From the NCBI RefSeq assembly GCF_964194025.1, contig NC_134470.1, positions 9,920,001-9,984,000 on the forward strand: DNA of 64,000 nt, written 5' to 3'. Shown in pieces: positions 26,887-39,673 of this stretch (position 1 is its first letter; every line of letters starts with the position of its first letter). Both the position numbers and the translations under genes were made by a program. The stretch is from Convolutriloba macropyga (Eukaryota). The notes beneath the pieces were generated by a model. That model was not told where the DNA came from, ran no database searches, and saw only the letters and a list, made by a program, of their open reading frames with translations.

Positions 26887-27171
26887 TCATGGTGACGTCA
26901 CAGAAATACAACAGTTCTGTTCGGGTGCTCGGGAAAGAAAACATTCTGACATGTGATGGGGGGAGAGAAGACAGCTGAGAATAGGCCCCTGTTGCCTAAC
27001 ATTGCCGCATTGTGATTACGAAGAAACAACACAAATCTAAAGGTTCCGAGATGGGAATACCATTTGTGGCCCTTCCTTTTGAAGTTTTTGTGAACTTTTA
27101 TCAACGTTAGAGAAAATGGAAACTAAAATAACAGAAACTGAAACAAGTCTTGTATTTAGCTGACGAGAGAT
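26887..27171 (-). pseudogene. Possible decayed secreted 6-Cys peptide (C-x7-C-x11-C-x9-C-x9-CC)
   Basis: One frame reads (I)SRQLNTRLVSVSVILVSIFSNVD...SRNL*ICVVSS*SQCGNVRQQGPILSCLLSPHHMSECFLSRAPEQNCCISVTSP*; minus-strand AATAAA at 26820-26825. Confidence 0.35.
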
Positions 27172-27376
27172 GTTTGGTGATTTAGAGTTTCTCGTTACTT
27201 TGAACAGCCTCGTTCGATTTGTTACTATCATTGCAGGTACTTACGATGCTTTAAGCCAATGTCCCAAGTATTTCGAATTATTTGTTCATAAGACTACAAT
27301 GCAAGCATCAGCAAATTTTGAAAAAAAAACTACTATTTCGCCCAATGAATGGTTGATTGTAAACGAATTTGTTTAC

Positions 27377-27565
27377 TACTTATTCACAAGAGATTTCCAG
27401 ATTACAATAAATTGCTCGGTTGCAAAAGTGGGTAAAACATAAAACCCGCAAATTTTAAAAATCACGTCCAGATCACCAATGTTTAATACTTATTCACAAG
27501 AGATTTCCAGATTACAATAAATTGCTAGGTTGCAAAAGTGGGTAAAACAGAAAACTCGCAAATTT
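27377..27565. repeat. ~79-bp direct repeat, 110-bp period
   Basis: tacttattcacaagagatttccagattacaataaattgct...cgcaaattt at 27377 and 27487. Confidence 0.9.
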
Positions 27566-30500
27566 CACAAATCAATATGAATCAGAAGTCTTCAATAAAT
27601 GAGAACAAATAAAGAAATCAAGCTTGTGCTTGAACAAAATTCAATATAGCCTTTCAAAATCAGATGACAGCAAAACGGTGCTGGGAATAGAGACCGCGTG
27701 AACTTTACTTATTACAGGAGTATTGCAAGTTGGGAAAGGGGGAAATAATTTACAGGAAATTTTTTCCAAACTAAAAAGTATCAGCTATATGCTCAAAGTG
27801 AAAAAATTTTCAAAAATATTTGGAAAAAATCTTAATTAAATCGTTATTTTTTTCTCATTGCATTGAGTACTTTATAATTTAAGCGTAGCCGAGTTTTCCA
27901 GTTTGGTTTGTTTTCAAAAAGCAGATATTTCTGTAAAGTAATAAAAATTATAATTAACTGAGGAAGATCATAGAAATAAGCCTCTTTGGAAAAAAAATAT
28001 TTTTCAATTTGATTTGGAAAGCGAAAGCAAATTTTTGCGTAAAAATAATTTTCTGAACTGCTAATGAAATGTTTCACATAAACCAGACAAAAGTTGTTAT
28101 AATATCATTAAGATATTAAGTTGCATGATAAAGGTTGTAGATGTTGGATAAATGTTTTTGATGCTTCATAATTTTCGTAGATTATTTCGTTTCCACTGAG
28201 ATGGAACTTTGCGTGAGCACAGTTATTAAATACTTGTTCCAATTTTGAGTATCAAAACATTGCGATTACGAAAATATTCTAAAAACAGCTGGACCGTGTT
28301 TTTTTCCAAAGCATGATGCATATGATCTAAAACAATTGTTTTTAGTTTAATTGATAATGACCTTATCTGAGTGCGTTACTTTGAGTCACTAGTAATCAAA
28401 CCAATGGTTAACTTAGGGGCCTAAACTCAAATTCCAGTTAAAATCAAAGCCTCTCGCGTCAAAGTGTCAACTCGAAAATTCTCCAAAAAATGAAAGAATT
28501 GCAGTTAATACGATGAATGGTGGCAAAAAAGTGTTATTTTTCCGCTAAATAAGGGGAAAGTTGCAAAACAAAAAATTTCGCAACTAAATATCTGAATCAC
28601 AATTCAATTCTACGCTGAAGACAGAAAACTTTGCGTCCATGAACTTTAGTACATTCATAGGCTTTTAGATGTTAGTTTTTTAACGCTGTCTTTTTTCCGA
28701 AATGACAAGTAAAGTTACTTCAATAACAAAAGCCAATTAAAGTTCACAAGCCAGATAATGTACAGACATTCTCTTTGTTTAAAACATTGGTTCTGTTTTC
28801 TGTGAAATTTAAAAGTAATTTCTGAAATATCTAATGTTTTTTTTGAATGGTAAACGTTTAAATTGCTAGAACAGATGCTGTTTCAACATTCTTTCAAATT
28901 TTATTTGTAATTTTTTTTCGAATTTCAAGCGGAAGTTTATTTTATAACAGATTTAATTCAGTTGGTTGTGGCAGAATTTCTTTTCTCCGCTAAAAACTGC
29001 TAATCTTTGAGAAAAAAACACTCAATGCACATTTTCACATTAATCTGGAGTATTCGCTACCATTTGGCTCAGATTGTGCATACTTTCTCTTCAAAACTTC
29101 AACCCGGGCTTATCAAAGTTGACTACTGAACAAGTATTCATCCTTAGCGTTAAATTTTGTTAAAAACAACAATAATTGATTCAAACAATCAAACTTTTAG
29201 CTTCAACAATGAGATAAAAGTAATTAAATTATACATCATCAAAACTTTCTATAGCGTTGGAATCGATTATTGGTCTTACTTGAATTTAGTCAGAGCGGCT
29301 CCCAGAAAGGGATTTACTGGAGCATAAACGTAATTCATGTCAGCAAACTATTTTTTTTCATTTCAATTTGTAAGAATTTTATCAAATCATTGGGTATAGA
29401 TACATTTATTACAGCATAGCAAATTTTTTTTGTGCTCCCTGTATTGTTGGTTAACGAGCGTTTAAATGTGGAAAACATAGAATAACAATTTTTCAAAGAC
29501 GAACAGTTGAGAAATTGAAACTCGAACTGGCGGGGGGGGGGGACCTCGCATTTTGACATTAATCATTTCAAAGGCCGTCAAATTTTGGGAGCAAAATTTT
29601 GTCAAAATCAGCGTTTTAAAGACGTATGAACTCAAACCACCAAAAACATCACTTTAGTTTTTTCTTCAGTAATTCTATAGTGAACTAAGCGTATTTAATC
29701 TTCATAAGCTGATATGCGCGTAACTAAATACGTTTCAAACTAGTTTTAAAACGCATTGAATTTATTTAGTGGCTAATATATACGAGCTTTTTAGTTGGTA
29801 AAGATTGGTAAACGTGCTCATTTAACACCAATACACCGTTTAACATCATTTGAGCTAATATTCATTCTCAATATAGAAAAATAGAAAAATATACGCTGCA
29901 CAGAATTATTAAATATTTATTCTCACGACCAGGTTTGGGAAATACAAACAATTTTTCCATACAATTATAAATATATCAAACGCAATATTTTTGATCGAGT
30001 GGACGCATCGGTGTGTTTAGCAGAGCTAGGTTGTTTATTCCCGTCAAAACAAAAATAAACAACGAAACAAGGCCATAAAATAAACAACCGTGTCTCAAAC
30101 GCATTCCTCAGGCTAGTACAAATATTTTGAATCGAATATAGTTCCATCAAAAACATTATTTAAAATTTTTGTTACTCCCCGGAAGTTATTTTTCTTTCAC
30201 AAGTAAGCTTTTTCTAATATCTGTCAACATTTTAATGTGCATTTCAAGTTCAGAGTTCAATTTTAAGTTGATTTTAGTTAATTTTAAATTTTGACCTTTA
30301 CTCAATCTTTTTGTTCCAGTTTGCCAGAATAAATGGAACTTAATTTGATTTTTATATGTGAATTTTCAAGTTATCAGGTCAATTTTGTTGCCAAAAAATC
30401 ATGAAAACATTTCAGAACACTCAAATTTGTTTAGGATACCTTAATACTGAGTTACGATGTGATAAAATTTTGAATAGGCTTTTGAGAAAAATTTGATGTC

Positions 30501-30589
30501 GCTTTATGAAATATTTTCTTCATTTTAGAAACTTTCATTACGTCATTACACTCAACTTTGTTTGTTGCAGAGAAAATTAGCCAATCAAA

Positions 30590-30630
30590 ATGGGAGGACG
30601 TGAAGCAGGAGACGCGATGGCGCAAAACAG
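30590..30630 (+). CDS. SPMIP1: SPMIP1 coding exon 1 (MGGREAGDAMAQN)
   Basis: aaaaATGG start; acceptor ttgcag at 30570 implies an upstream UTR exon or trans-splice site; donor AG|GTCAGT, phase 2. Confidence 0.75.
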
Positions 30631-33600
30631 GTCAGTTTCAAAAAGAGTCTCTAAAAACCGACAAGCATTTTTGCCCAAACAGTAATTTCTCGGAGCAATA
30701 AATAAAAAAAATTTTTTTAAACACATAGATAATATTTAAAAATATTTTTAAAACACATAGATAATACATTCACTGTTTTTAGTTTTAAGTTAGGGTGAAA
30801 TTGTGCTTGAAAAAAGACGCACGGGTTTGGGTTATTCATTTGCTGTAGCTATACAAAGATTATAGATTTTATATTGTTATTCAAAAATTAAAAAATCGAT
30901 TTGATGGAAAAAAAATATTATTGAAGTTTGGTGTTACTTTCCTGTAGCTTTGATTTCTGTATTGATGCAGTTCGAGCACAATCTCATACAAATTTATCAT
31001 CAACAATTTAATTATTGGCTTGGTTTCAAAATTTTTACTGAGTGTCAAGACAAATTTTCTGGACTAAGTAGTGTCAACATATTTAGTTTAATTCTGGACT
31101 AAGTCGTGTAATTTTTCTTTCTTCAACTTCCCTCTTTTGAAAATATTTTTTTCTAATTTCCCGAATTCGAATCCTGGTATTCTTCCCTATCCCTATCATA
31201 TGTATATACCTCATTATTAGTATAGGGCATTGCAAACATGTTTACTTATGTCTAGAGCGTAAAAATGCTACTAAAACTTTTCTCCATATTCTCCTTCAAT
31301 CACAGACTGAGAAAACTCTATTCTCTATTAAATGATTCATGTTCACAATATTCTAGTCAGTCTTCGGATAGTTTGTACACTAAGTCTATGCCTTTGACTC
31401 CGGCGGTGGCAGCCGTATTGGCCGACAGGGCGTTTAGCCGATAACCAAAAAATGAGAAATTTAACCGACAATTTAGATACAATGAGCAATAAAACTTATT
31501 CTGAAGCTGTGATTGGCCAATTGAAAACAATATTTTGTAGCGGACAAATAAACCGCATTTTTTTCATTATCTAGTGTAACGATGGTCTATCATCTAGTGT
31601 AACGAAGGTCTATCAACTAGTGTAACCAAGGTATTTCACCGCATGTGGCCATGCCTCAGCGGCCCGTGGGACTTGATATGAATCTATCACAACCGAACTA
31701 CTGATTTATGGACCAATGAGACTTTTATGACCAATTATGATAAAACTGTTGGCTAAGTTTCCCATTTTTTCCTTGTCGGCCAATTTTCCTAGCACCGACT
31801 CCGGCATATTTTGTATATTTATCGCCTTTATAATTGAAGTTCGTCTTCAGTGTTTCCTGAGTCGGCTAGTCCAGTGGGAACAGGTAAGTCTACTTCGCGC
31901 GCAGAAATAAGTGGTCATAGCTCTATAAACCTTAAGGCTGTAAAAGAAGCCCAAACAAGGTCTGCCTTACTTTGGGCGCAATAGGGGGCTATAGTTCAGG
32001 GTAGTAACTCTCGTGAACAATGGGATGTAATCCGTTAACCATGGATCGGTTATCGCGTCCAAAGCACTCCCCTCAGTCCGCTACTAGGAATTATGTCAGC
32101 TTTATATCCCTTTTTGCAAATATGGTAGTTTTTTTCACTTAACTTATTATTAATTTGTTGCTTTTACCATAACAAACTTTCACGTGGAAACAATGCTAAC
32201 CTCTGATTGGTCAATAAACCATTCAATTCATTTCTATTTAAGAAAAGCCTAAATTTTACGAAAAATTGTGAGGTTGTTAACAAGAGCCTACATTTTATTC
32301 GTGTGCAATAAAAGTGCAGACAATTAAAATATGAAAAATGCCATCGCTTTCAATTAAATCACAAAAATTTTAGGTTTTGATAACGCCATAAACCAATTGA
32401 CAGATAAAATGGAATTTCGCAGCTGTCAAAGGCGTGAACAAGAATAAAAAAAATTAAATACAATAGATTAAATTTTGGTAGACTCTTCAGGGATGTCGTG
32501 AAATGCTGTTGTATTCGCTTCATATAGCTGCACCTCTTTATTTATAATCAGGGTGGCAAGTTTAATCAGGGTGCTAAAAATTCAATATTCCACAACAATT
32601 GTTCACTTGGAATAATGGGAGAAATTTTTTCTCAAAACGGAGGGAATGAAAGGAACTTTAAGTAGAGAAAAATTTGAGATGAGAGGAAATTAATTTGTCA
32701 GGGAAGTTTGTGAGGGACAGGTGGGTGGGTGGGGGCGGGGGGGGGGTGGAGGGATGTTGAAACTTCTTACAAAAGAAACTTCTTCGTTTTAAAGATGGAG
32801 GGCGAGAGAATTCTTCAAGTAGAAACAGCATAATGGAATAGAAATTTCACCAAAATTCAGCGATTTTTAAGTCGTGAAAGTTAGGATGAGCCTTGAACAT
32901 GTCAATTAAACTAGCGACCATGTTTAGATGGAAAGAAACATGTACTAAGGAGATAATGATGCGACTGCAGTGGAAGGAGCAGTATGGGGCGGAATTCAAG
33001 CGGAGGGAGGAGGAGGAAGAGAAGAAGAGGGTGGAGGCTAAGGGGACTACTGCCACTACTCCCCCCAAGGCATCTGAAGATCAAGAGAATGTCATGCCGA
33101 AACAGGCAACTCCTCTCAAGGTCACCAAGAAAGTTTGGATACTGCAAAACTATTGAAAGATCTGAATCGCGTCGTTTTATGCGCGTATTTTCGCACTTTT
33201 TCACGATTGCAATGTTTTTTTTTCACTTTTTCTTCTTGAGGCTAAATTGTGTGATTTTCCACTTTTAAAAAAATAAGCGTGCTTTGACTTTAAGAACTCA
33301 AAATACGAATTTTCTACATTTTTCTTCAAAAATAGGCTAAGTGTGTTTTTCTTCACTTTTAAAGATACTCAAAATAGGCATTTTTCCATTTTTTGTTCTT
33401 ACTCTTTACCTTGTTGGTCCCTGGACCAACCGTATACAAATTACTTTAATCATCTTCAGTGCCTGGCAAAAGCTGGTTTAGAAAACCAATCTTTTGTCTC
33501 TATTTTTGCTATTAATTAGGACTACTCAAGATTTATTTTTGCCAAACTTCAGCGCATTTCGGCGCAATATTATAAGTCTTTGCGCTGAAATTTTCGAAAA

Positions 33601-36600
33601 TTCAGCGTGTTTCTTACATACTTTTTAAAAAACTCCTTAACTCGTGAATACATGTTTCCAAATGTCAATCCGCGACATCAACTTTTTATACGACCAAAGT
33701 CGATCAGACAAAAAGACCTCAGTTTCTCTATGCGACTGTGCACAAATCACAATCTTTAATTACAATTAAGATTATTAAAATTATTGATTATTTCCAGGCA
33801 AAGAAAGATTTGGAACCCTTGTTAGATGACTCAGAGCTGCCCATGTTCGAGATGTACCCCGTGACCCCCGCCACCCACGCACAGTTGTACGACGGGTTCT
33901 CAAAGGAGGGCAAAGGCAGGTCTCTCTACCTTACAACCAGAAAATCCAAGGGCCCCGAAGCAAAGTTCCCCTACCCTGTCACCGAAGCACAAGAGGTATG
34001 TGTGAATGCATTAATTATGAACACCAGATTCTTAAGTTAAGTATTTAGTTTGAACAACTATCAATTTTCAGTAAAACTGAAGTTTCAAAAAAAATTATGA
34101 ACATAAACAATTAATTATGGATAATTTTATTAAGTTTATGATTTTGTTCGTTTGACGATCATTTATAGTAAAAAGTAAAGTTTCAAACAAAAAAATTATT
34201 GACAGAAAACTTCTGGTGCAAAACTTAAAACACTAATGTTTTGATCAATTGGTCGTAAAAATTGTATAGTAGTTATCACGCTTGAAAAGCACACTGCTTG
34301 TAAACAAATGTTTTACAAATGTGAAAACAAATGTTTTACAAATAGCAGCTCTATAACTTGTAGGATCTATTACTAGCAGTCACGCCATTTGTTGTTGATG
34401 TCAAATGGATCGGGGCTAGGGGTATTAGCCGACACACAAATTAGAAGACACGCCAATTGGCCGACAGATTTCATCAAGACGACGTGAAAAAGACCGAAAT
34501 CGAAAGTGTGTAACTTAAATAGTGTTATTAGAAGCGTCGACTTAATCATGTTCGTCCTTAATAATTTGTTCGGTTGTGATAGATTCATATCAAGTCCCAT
34601 GCGCCGCTGAGGCATGGCCAAATTAGCTAGCAGTAAAAGCCAATTAAGGTTTTTTTTACAATTAAGGGACGCTACTTTTACCGCTTAACGCGCGGGTAAT
34701 TATCGTGAACTGTGGTTTTCGAGTAGCTATATTTGCTCAAGTGTCGGCTAAAAGTTGTGCTGGCTAATTTGTATGTCCGCCAATTGACCGGTCACGAAAT
34801 GGATCATATGAGAAGCTCAATTAAAAATTTTACAATTTTGGTATAACTATTTTTGTTTTGTTTAATAAAACCCTGAAAACTTATGCGATCCGCCGTTTCA
34901 ATTATCTAAATCCTTGCCGACTATTTTCTCAACTTGAACTGCTTAAGAAATTTTTTCTCTATGAAAATATTATCATCCCTAATTTTTACTAAGAACTATT
35001 TTCAAAGTTTCAATACAAAAAAAATATACCTAAAATACCATTTAGCAATCACAGTGCCACTATATTTATATTGAGTAGAATTAGCAGTTATTTTATATAT
35101 GTGCTATATATTTTTGAAAAACTCTCCCTACAATACAAAAATATAAATTGAGAAATATGAAAAGTTTGAAAGCAAAACATTAACAAACACTGAATCAGTG
35201 AAATTAAGCTTCTTGGCTCACAAGGTATTAAATTTTTGCATTTTCTAGCAAAGATAGGCGGTGAAAGAATTTTAGACTTTCTATATTACATTCGAGAAAT
35301 TGTTAAGACATTTAAAAACTTGTCATGCTTTGGCAAGACTTAGAAAGAGGTCTTTCAAAAAGAATTGGCACGGATATGTTATGTCTTGAGCATAGCTTTC
35401 ACTTGTTTTGTTTTCACTTCTCAGTTAAGTTTTAAGACAAAAATGGTTAGACTTTTAAAATTCAAACCAAGAACCTCGGCAAAAATCAACTCCTTTAGGC
35501 TAAAGAAAATTGAGAGAAATAGTTCGTTTTTACATCGCATACTGCATGTCTTATTTTATACTTGGGTCAACGCTTCAACGCTTAGAATTATAAGAGAATC
35601 TCTGAATTGTGAATGTCCCAAGAACTGCAATGAATTCTTGCAGATCTTTTCGGTTCGTGTCCCCCTCCCCAGCTTAGTGGGTGCATATTATTTGCATCCC
35701 TCTCCGACGCACGCGCCATATTTTTACATAATGATTTACCATCTAGAGACAAGTGCTCTTTAACTAACGGGATAATAACGTATTTGAGGGGGTTACAAAC
35801 ATCAGAAAAGATCCATTGTTACATTGAAGCTCGCTTTAAATTTAATGGATGTCTTATAAAAATTTTTTTTCAAATCTTTTAATTTTTTTACAAATTTTCA
35901 CTTTTATTAAAAAAATAGTAAAAGTCTGGTTACATGCGAGAGATGCGATGAGTAAAATTCACGCCTACTTGGAACGACTTGTGGAAATTCCTTAGTTTTA
36001 TTCCCGTCTTGGAATAATGTATCATGGCTGATCTCATCCTGTTTCAAGTCAAGACCTGTTAACTTGTCACGTCGACATCAAAACGTTTTTAAAACTGGTC
36101 ATGTTTTGACAAAGAATTGCCAATTTTTGATTCATTTACATAAAATAATGACAGCTTTCTTATTTTTTCAGCGGCAAAACTGAGCTGCGGGTTACTATTT
36201 TCAATCCGGGTTATTATTACTTTCAATTTTGGAAAACAACCTACAATAGGTGTGACTTTGGAAGGTATAACAGCGCAATCACCCCTCAAAAATGAAATTG
36301 GATTTTTATGGCTCTATAACCGCTTTGGAGATATCTGACTGAAATTCATTGTTAAATTTATCACGTGTCAAAACTAAAGAAAAGAAAAGAAACTGCGTGT
36401 AAAATTGGCCAATGTTCGGATAAAATTTGGCTGAAGAATTGTCAAGTTCTAGCCAGGACCTGATTTAAGCCTTGCCTTGTCTTGTCTTGACTCAAGAATT
36501 GTTAAAATTTAAAAGTGGATTCGTGACGTATCAATTCTAAAAAGCGATTAAATCATTCAATATCACCCTATTAACGATCGGGTTCAAATCTTGCAGCAAT

Positions 36601-37090
36601 CTTGCAAGATTATTCAAAATTTTTGGGATTCCTGTCAGAAATGAATCTTGCCTAAAACATTAAAGGTCGTTTATAGCCCTGGGAAGTCGCTTAAAGGCCA
36701 AGTTATGACTTTCAGACAGGTTTTATGACACTCGGATGTTCTAGTGGAATTCACAATATTTCCAGAATCTCAACAATTCTGCTTTATTTTTTAAAAACCC
36801 TGCAAGTTTTTTTATCACTAGGGCAGCATTCTTTATCTTAATCAGCACCGATTAGAACGTTAAGTCACGTCCGAGTAGTTGACGTAATTTCTACAACTTT
36901 AAAGGTTCCAATTTTTGGAAAATATTTGAAGGATAATATTTTTGGGGATTTTCTATTTGTTCAGGTGGGCTGGCGTATGGAAGAGCGGGAAACGTTTGGG
37001 AAACCAAAACATGGAAGAAGCCAAACGATCAGAACGTTCTACAGAGAAAACGGAGTATTCTACTCGAATGGAGAAATTGTACCACAATAG
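30590..37090 (+). CDS. SPMIP1: Sperm microtubule inner protein 1 (ATP6V1FNB-like), 4 coding exons, ~185-189 aa
   Basis: join(30590-30630, 32928-33132 [or donor at 33121], 33798-33995, 36965-37090); GT-AG introns with consistent phases 2/0/0. Protein QNRWKETCTKEIMMRLQWKEQYG...MYPVTP..HAQLYDGFSKEGKGRSLYL..RK.KGPEAKFPYPVTEAQEVGW...HGRSQTIRTFYRENGVF matches recalled SPMIP1 family motifs. Confidence 0.88.
31405..31796 (+). mobile_element. MULE/Mutator-type MITE in SPMIP1 intron 1, 9-bp TSD
   Basis: Flanked by gactccggc at 31396-31404 and 31797-31805; imperfect TIR GGTG...ATTGGCCGACA; internal 23-bp tandem repeat atctagtgtaacgatggtctatc. Confidence 0.8.
32928..33132 (+). CDS. SPMIP1: SPMIP1 coding exon 2
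   Basis: tttag|A TGG AAA GAA (RWKE); GC-richer coding composition; donor ambiguous (GT at 33121 or 33133). Confidence 0.85.
33798..33995 (+). CDS. SPMIP1: SPMIP1 coding exon 3
   Basis: tttccag|GCA ... GAG|gtatgt; 198 nt; LYDGFSKEGKGR core. Confidence 0.92.
34412..34796 (-). mobile_element. Related MULE-type MITE in SPMIP1 intron 3, opposite orientation, 9-bp TSD
   Basis: Flanked by aaatggatc at 34403-34411 and 34797-34805; 34568-34620 is the reverse complement of 31646-31698 (51/53). Confidence 0.8.
35642..35814 (+). mobile_element. GGATC-family MITE copy 4
   Basis: agatcttttcggttcgtgtcccc...gaaaagatcc; flanks attcttgc / attgttac (6/8). Confidence 0.85.
36566..36823. mobile_element. CCC...GGG MITE (CACTA/EnSpm-like), TSD CA
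   Basis: ca|CCCTATT ... TCACTAGGG|ca; internal atcttgcaag repeats. Confidence 0.6.
36965..37090 (+). CDS. SPMIP1: SPMIP1 coding exon 4 (not in the ORF track frame)
   Basis: ttgttcag|GTG GGC TGG; VGWRMEERETFGKPKHGRSQTIRTFYRENGVFYSNGEIVPQ*. Confidence 0.88.
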   Translation: MGWRMEERETFGKPKHGRSQTIRTFYRENGVFYSNGEIVPQ

Positions 37091-37452
37091 AACGCAGAAC
37101 TTTTCAAATCTAGAACATTCTCGAACAATCTTACAGTCAAATCTTGAACATTCTAGAATAATCCTGAAGAATTTATGATATTGAGCACTTTTTGCTATTA
37201 TGAGTTAATAATAACAATCAAATGCACAATCTGTGAGGTCATTTTGACTAATTTTGCCGAACTAATTCAAACTTTCTCCGAGTAATTTTTTCCCACGTGA
37301 ACTAAAGATTTTGTCCTCAAAATTTGAATGCCAGTATTGAAAGATCATATTGATCTATATGATCGCAAAGGTTACTGAATCGAAAGGTTAGTTTGCTCAA
37401 ATTGGTAGTCGTTTATTGACGCAATATCGGATTGAGAGAACCAACTTCAATA

Positions 37453-37455
37453 ATG
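37453..37455 (+). CDS. Candidate ATG-only first coding exon for Cys-rich peptide B
   Basis: ataATG|GTAAGT consensus donor, phase 0, compatible with the acceptor at 40600. Another start inside gap 38387-38609 cannot be excluded. Confidence 0.5.
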
Positions 37456-38386
37456 GTAAGTTCTGCTTATTTAAAAGTAGGATACGGTGAAAACTTGATT
37501 AGACGTACATAAATTTTGTAACTCAAAATTCCCTAAAAATTGTCTTCACATTAAAATGAGTAAACCAAGCACATGTAAAATGTACCATTTTTGCTGAAGT
37601 TTTACACCTTCGTAGCATTCGTTTAGAGGTATTTCACAAAAAAACGGAAGCTAAAGTGAAGAATATGATTTTAAAAAAATCATTACTTAACCCTGTATTA
37701 TGGCTCGCTGGACAATTTGTGAAAATTTTACCATATATGCAGATCTTAGATTAAAAAAAGCTGTAAAAGCTCGTTCTTGGCAAAAAATTTGCCCGTTTTT
37801 GTTTGCTTTTACCATGTAGAAACATGTGTTAGGTATTTGAGTAAGCAATGGCGCAAAAGTGATTTTGAAGTACCGCTTGTAGGTGTTTTATTTAGATAAC
37901 AATTTTCGCTTAGTAAATATAAAAAAAAACGTATTCGCCAATTAGAGTTTGCGCCTATTATCCTATCCCCAAAAATGTAATTATCTCAAAACCGCATTAA
38001 GAGAATTCTTCCCTTTATATATCTTATACAATTGTGCCTTGCATGCGTTTTTCATTTTTGAATGAGAAAACAAACTTTGTGCTTTGTAAGTGCTTACAAG
38101 AGGCACAATGCATCGATCTGTTTTTTTTCAGACGTTTCATTCAAATGAATTTTATTGTGTAGTTTTTCTGTGAAAAACTTTATCCATGGTTGGCCGTAGC
38201 TAAAAAACATGTTCCAAAAAAGAGTGCTGCATTTTTTGTGACATTGACGAAATCTCCATCACCTAGCAAATAGCTTCTTTTAGCGATTTCATCTACTCGC
38301 ATTTGTCACTGTTTTCCAAACGTGTACACAAAATAATAGTTAGACAGAAGGCAAATACCTTTTTGGTAAATAATGGCTCAATAGTC

Positions 38387-38609
38387 NNNNNNNNNNNNNN
38401 NNNNNNNNNNNNNNNNNNNNNNNNNNNNNNNNNNNNNNNNNNNNNNNNNNNNNNNNNNNNNNNNNNNNNNNNNNNNNNNNNNNNNNNNNNNNNNNNNNNN
38501 NNNNNNNNNNNNNNNNNNNNNNNNNNNNNNNNNNNNNNNNNNNNNNNNNNNNNNNNNNNNNNNNNNNNNNNNNNNNNNNNNNNNNNNNNNNNNNNNNNNN
38601 NNNNNNNNN
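38387..38609. other. Assembly gap (N run)
   Basis: Run of n. Confidence 0.98.
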
Positions 38610-38975
38610 ACTGTAATACACAGTATAACGTAAAAATTCATTATTGTCAATTTCATCGACATTTTTTTCATTATATAATTGGTAAGTTTATTGGTAAGCC
38701 TCATTTTTTTGAGCACAAACAAAATCTTTTGGATCTTTTTAGTTTGTTTTCCCAGTACGCTTTGCACTCTCAGAATAGAAAGACGAGTCAAACAATTATC
38801 AAATACAAAAAAATTCTCCTAAACTTTCGTGTTTGGAAAGAATTGAGCTTTAAATTTTTTTTGACTTAAATCGAATTATTTCAGCTGACTATAAGCTATT
38901 TAAAAACTTTTCCGTAATTTGTCCTATGACAAATTATTACAATCATGCTCTAAGATACGTTTTAATAAAATCTGG

Positions 38976-39140
38976 ACATCTTTTGTCGTTTGTGCTCCCA
39001 CCCCAATTTAGTGGGTGCATATTATTTGCACCCCCAGACGCACGCGCCATATTTTTACATAACGATTTACCATGTATTGACACGTGCTCTGTAACTGGGG
39101 GGAGCACAACGTATTTGGGGGGCAAAAACGAAAAAGATCA
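38976..39140 (+). mobile_element. GGATC-family MITE copy 5
   Basis: Perfect 8-bp TSD aaatctgg (38968-38975, 39141-39148); internal hairpin GGGTGCA-TATTATT-TGCACCC. Confidence 0.9.
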
Positions 39141-39514
39141 AAATCTGGAATAATTTCTTTAATTTGGCAATAACATTTGATTTTTATAACAAATTCTGGT
39201 AGCATTCTGGTGAATTGATTTCAATACGCAGTTCTCATTTTGACGAAATTAATCCTTAAAATTAACGCACGTTTGGTTATAAAACAATTTTTTTGCTAGC
39301 TAACTGCTATTAACTTTTAATATTTTTTATCGAGATGGATTTTCCAAAATTGCAAATTTGTACAAATCCAATACTAAAAAATTTTCGTTGGAAAATAACA
39401 GAATCCAGTCTAAAAATTTAAAATTTTCGAAATCTAGTGATCAATTGTGACGCGTTCAACAAGGGCCCAAATATTAATAATCGATCGGCTGTCAGAGTTC
39501 ACACAAAAACTACT

Positions 39515-39673
39515 GAATCTTTTCCATTAACGCCCCCTCCCTAGTTTTTTGGGTGCATATTATTCGCACCCCAAAAACGCACGATTCAAATTTTTACAAA
39601 TTGATTAACAATGTAATGACGTGCTCTGTTATCGGGGGTGGATAACGTACTGGGGGCACAAACGGAAAAATCC
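39515..39673 (+). mobile_element. GGATC-family MITE copy 6
   Basis: gaatcttttcc...gggggcacaaacggaaaaatcc; flanks aaactact / aaactcct (7/8). Confidence 0.85.

Noticed and set aside
5180-27171. Stop-codon reassignment (in-frame TAA/TAG in several plausible frames)
   Set aside because: SPMIP1 ends in TAG at the expected C-terminus, peptide A ends in TAA, and intact genes contain no internal TAA/TAG; ordinary decay is simpler.
31984-32060. tRNA-like start GGGGCTATAGTTCAGGGTAG
   Set aside because: No T-loop/B box and no acceptor-stem complement.
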